Of a DNA stretch of 59,849 nt, positions 57,375 through 59,849 are shown one piece after another. The stretch is from positions 1 to 59,849 of the forward strand of contig JAGBSK010000003.1 in NCBI GenBank assembly GCA_017631895.1. The letters run 5' to 3'. Origin of the DNA: Alphaproteobacteria bacterium (GTDB taxonomy: Bacteria; Pseudomonadota; Alphaproteobacteria; Rs-D84). A program made the position numbers and the translations under genes. Each line of letters opens with the position of its first letter. Within the stretch, counting starts at the first letter, position 1. A model generated the notes under the pieces. The model saw only the letters and a list, made by a program, of their open reading frames with translations, was not told where the DNA came from and did no database searches.

Positions 57375-58133
57375 ATGTTTGATTGGGTTGGAATGGTGCA
57401 AATTCTAATTATTGCGGTATTGATGTATATGTTTTATCGCAGTTTTATTCAGAATACCCAGTCTGAAAAACTGGTGCGTGGGTTGTTGGGGTGGGCGGGG
57501 CTCTGGGTGCTTAGTTTTGTGTTGCCGTTGGTTCATTTGAATTTGCTTGCAACATTTATGCATTATACGGCATTGTTCTTGTCGTTAAGTTTGATTGTTG
57601 TTTTTCAGCCTGAATTGCGCAAATTTATGGCGTTGATGGGCAATGTTCAGGGGTTGCGTCGTATGCTGAAAGCGGGCGCGAATCGCAAACAGGATACGAA
57701 ATCTTTGGATGCGATTGTAAGTGCGGTTGAATATATGTCGGGTAAGCATACGGGGGCTTTGATTGTTTTTCCAACCAGTCTGGATGAAAGTGCAATTGAT
57801 AAAAAGGGTGTTGCAATTGATGCAAAAATCAGCAGCGAGTTGTTGTTGACGATTTTCTTTAATAAAACACCATTGCATGATGGGGCGGTAATAATTGAAA
57901 ACAATCGTATCGCGTATGCGGGTGGGATTTTGCCACTCTCGCAAAATAATTTGAACTGGAAATATGGTACACGTCATCGTGCCGCCTTGGGACTGAGTGA
58001 GGTTTCCAGTGCGGTGGTTCTGGTTGTGTCCGAAGAAAGTTGCGATATTTCCATTGCAGAACGCGGTAAGATTACAAAATATGATGATATTAAAAAGTTG
58101 CGCGCCAAATTAGAAAAGGTTTTGTATAAATAA
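57375..58133 (+). CDS. cdaA: Diadenylate cyclase (CdaA/DacA type)
   Basis: Three TM helices; VVFQPELR, GALIV, TPLHDGA, GTRHRAALG, VVSEE. Confidence 0.92.
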   Translation: MFDWVGMVQILIIAVLMYMFYRSFIQNTQSEKLVRGLLGWAGLWVLSFVLPLVHLNLLATFMHYTALFLSLSLIVVFQPELRKFMALMGNVQGLRRMLKAGANRKQDTKSLDAIVSAVEYMSGKHTGALIVFPTSLDESAIDKKGVAIDAKISSELLLTIFFNKTPLHDGAVIIENNRIAYAGGILPLSQNNLNWKYGTRHRAALGLSEVSSAVVLVVSEESCDISIAERGKITKYDDIKKLRAKLEKVLYK

Positions 58134-58229
58134 ATTATAATAATCAATCTACGAACGAACCCGCAACCTCATGTAGCAATTTGTACACTACGGTTGCGGG
58201 TTCGTGCGTATCTTAATCATTCTAATTTA
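58131..58229. repeat. Conserved-core hairpin element, copy 3 (begins at the cdaA stop)
   Basis: TAAATTATAATAATCAATCT-ACGAACGAACCCGCAACC-TCAT-GTAGCAATTTGTACACTAC-GGTTGCGGGTTCGTGCGT-ATCTTAATCATTCTAATTTA. Confidence 0.9.
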
Positions 58230-58279
58230 TTTCTACTCTACTGCTAGGAGTATGGGGGGCGATTTTATCTTTTTTTGTT

Positions 58280-58348
58280 TGTTCTTTTGGTCTTGCACCG
58301 AATCGGGGTTTTTTGGTAAAGTGGGAACAAAAGAGTGTAGGATACACA
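58280..58348 (+). promoter_or_regulatory. Promoter/leader of dnaN, duplicated at 59781-59849
   Basis: TTGCAC-N18-TAAAGT; identical 39-nt and 22-nt blocks recur 1501 bp downstream. Confidence 0.7.
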
Positions 58349-58377
58349 AATACATATAAGGAAACAGGAGTCTTATA

Positions 58378-59496
58378 ATGGAATTTTCAGTGTTTCGTCA
58401 GGTTTTGATACGTGCGCTGGGGCATATGCAGTCGATTATGGAAAAGCGCGCGACATTGCCCATTTTGATGAATGTTAAGATAGAAGCCGCAGATGATTTG
58501 ATTCTGTCTGCGACAAATGTGGATTTGGAATTGGTTGAACATGTTGCTGCCGATATTACCCTGGGGGGCAAAATTACCGTTCCTGTTCAGATGCTGTATG
58601 ATATCGTTCGTAAATTGCCAGATGATGCGGAAATTTCATTTAAACAGTCTGGCGACCAATTGGTTGTGTCAAGTGGTCGTGCAGTATTCCGTTTGCCAAC
58701 ATTGCCGGCGGAAAATTTCCCAGCTATGGCGGGCAGCAATCTGACCACAAAATTCCAGATGACAACGGGTGATTTGGCGCATTTGATTAATCAGACCAAA
58801 TTTGCAATTCCAACGGATGATGTGCGTTATCATTTGGGCGGTATTTATTTCCATATCGCAGAAGAGGGTGAAGAAAAGAAATTGACCGCTGTTGCAACGG
58901 ATGCCCAGCGTATGGCGCTGTGTGCGATGCCGGCCCCAGCGGGCAGTGCAGATATGCCATCTGTTATTTTGCCGCGTCGTGTGATTGGTGAATTGTCCAA
59001 GTTGTTGGAAGATGCCAATGTTGATGATGTTTTGGTTGAATTGTCTGATACCAAGGCGCGTTTTACAGTCGGTTCTGCAACATTGACCAGCAAATTGGTT
59101 GATGCGCAATATCCAAACTATCGCGTCGTGATTCCAAAGGGTAATGATAAAATCGCAATCCTGGACAGAAAACAGTTTATTAATGCGGTGGACTTGGTGT
59201 CCGTTGCAAGTGTTGATAAAACAAAGTCTGTTCAGTTGACGTTCAGTATGAATAAATTGGTTATTAATGCGTCTAGCCCAGATGCCGGTACCGCGACCCA
59301 GGAATTGGATATTGAATACAATGGTGATGCGTCGTTTACGGTTGTGTTTAATGTAAAGTTCTTGTTGGATGTCGCCGGTCAGGTCGAAGGCGAAAAGTTC
59401 CAGATGGAAATGCAGGACCCATTGGCGCCAACGAAAATCAATTCGGTCGACAAAGATACGGATGCATTGTATGTGTTAATGCCAATGAGAATGTAA
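58378..59496 (+). CDS. dnaN: DNA polymerase III beta sliding clamp
   Basis: TLPILMNV, SATNVDL, VATDAQRMA, SKLVDAQYPNY, YVLMPMRM. Confidence 0.96.
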   Translation: MEFSVFRQVLIRALGHMQSIMEKRATLPILMNVKIEAADDLILSATNVDLELVEHVAADITLGGKITVPVQMLYDIVRKLPDDAEISFKQSGDQLVVSSGRAVFRLPTLPAENFPAMAGSNLTTKFQMTTGDLAHLINQTKFAIPTDDVRYHLGGIYFHIAEEGEEKKLTAVATDAQRMALCAMPAPAGSADMPSVILPRRVIGELSKLLEDANVDDVLVELSDTKARFTVGSATLTSKLVDAQYPNYRVVIPKGNDKIAILDRKQFINAVDLVSVASVDKTKSVQLTFSMNKLVINASSPDAGTATQELDIEYNGDASFTVVFNVKFLLDVAGQVEGEKFQMEMQDPLAPTKINSVDKDTDALYVLMPMRM

Positions 59497-59500
59497 AAAA

Positions 59501-59598
59501 TAATTTATAATAATTCATCTAAAATCAAATCGGGCATCTAATGTAGCGTCTGTACACTACGATGCCCGATTTGGTTTTTTCTAAATCATTTTAATTTA
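59501..59598. repeat. Conserved-core hairpin element, copy 4
   Basis: TAATTTATAATAATTCATCT-AAAATCAAATCGGGCATC-TAAT-GTAGCGTCTGTACACTAC-GATGCCCGATTTGGTTTT-TTCTAAATCATTTTAATTTA. Confidence 0.9.
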
Positions 59599-59603
59599 TT
59601 TCA

Positions 59604-59702
59604 TAAAATCTAATGGCATATCTGCGGGCGGTATCGTCTCCTCATGTAGCGGTATGTACACTACTGGGACGGCGCTACGTACATCTATATCATTATGATT
59701 TG
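59604..59702. repeat. Conserved-core hairpin element, copy 5 (tandem with copy 4, degenerate stem)
   Basis: TAAAATCTAATGGCATATCT-GCGGGCGGTATCGTCTCC-TCAT-GTAGCGGTATGTACACTAC-TGGGACGGCGCTACGTAC-ATCTATATCATTATGATTTG. Confidence 0.85.
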
Positions 59703-59780
59703 TTTCTGCCCCGCTGATGCTGGGGGTGGAGTTTTTTTTCTGGCCCGTTGCTAGGAGTTGGGAGAAGGTGTTTTTTTTGC

Positions 59781-59849
59781 TGTTCTTTTGGTCTTGCACC
59801 GAATCGGGGTTTTTTGGTATGCTTAGGACAAAAGAGTGTAGGATACACA
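59781..59849 (+). repeat. Second copy of the dnaN promoter/leader block, running to the window end
   Basis: TGTTCTTTTGGTCTTGCACCGAATCGGGGTTTTTTGGTA and ACAAAAGAGTGTAGGATACACA are identical to 58280-58348; -10 is TATGCT here. Confidence 0.9.

Noticed and set aside
58192-58201. Copy-3 arm GGTTGCGGGT also occurs near 1191, 19119 and 51851
   Set aside because: Matches of 10-11 nt in a G/T-rich strand are expected by chance and do not show targeting.
58335-58347. GTGTA-GGA-TACAC hairpin as a CsrA site
   Set aside because: A single short hairpin with no csrA evidence in the window is too weak to call.
59501-59702. Tandem hairpins as a CRISPR array
   Set aside because: Only two adjacent units, the variable segments are self-complementary pairs, the repeats are not identical and no cas genes are present.
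59596-59799. 67-aa minus-strand ORF
   Set aside because: It runs across hairpin copy 5 and the duplicated promoter and has no protein-like features.

Overview
Compact, gene-dense bacterial chromosome segment with a G/T-rich + strand. The gene content (MucR/Ros, alphaproteobacterial-type ParE, Cys-free DksA, GatCAB) points to an alphaproteobacterium, probably genome-reduced and host-associated; this is inference. It carries about 55 CDSs, mostly housekeeping (fabD, rarA, trmB, gltX, trxA, suf genes, ftsL/ftsI, recJ, lolA, tatBC, miaB, gatCAB, parE, dnaJ, pgsA, uvrC, dnaN), two tRNAs (Lys-CTT, Phe-GAA), several outer-membrane or Cys-rich exported proteins, and scattered type IV pilus parts. No transposase, integrase, prophage or CRISPR array was seen. 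The strongest unexplained signal is a dispersed 98-99 bp hairpin element present five times (3931, 45212, 58131, 59501, 59604). Its architecture is fixed: 20-nt outer arm ending ATCT, 18-nt arm of unique sequence, conserved TCATGTAGC..TGTACACTAC core, complementary 18-nt arm, then an ATCT-starting outer arm. All copies have the same orientation and lie directly behind a stop codon or another copy. Other notable items: dnaN bracketed by hairpin plus duplicated promoter, a YbeY-Lnt fusion, a c-di-AMP cyclase with a DHH/DHHA1 phosphodiesterase, a membrane-anchored GH24 lysozyme-TPR protein, a membrane-anchored lactate oxidase-like enzyme, a degenerate nuclease/SUKH/RHH operon, a compositionally mosaic Cys-rich gene and a nonsense-interrupted hemolysin III gene. 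All calls come from reading motifs by eye; no database searches or folding software were run.
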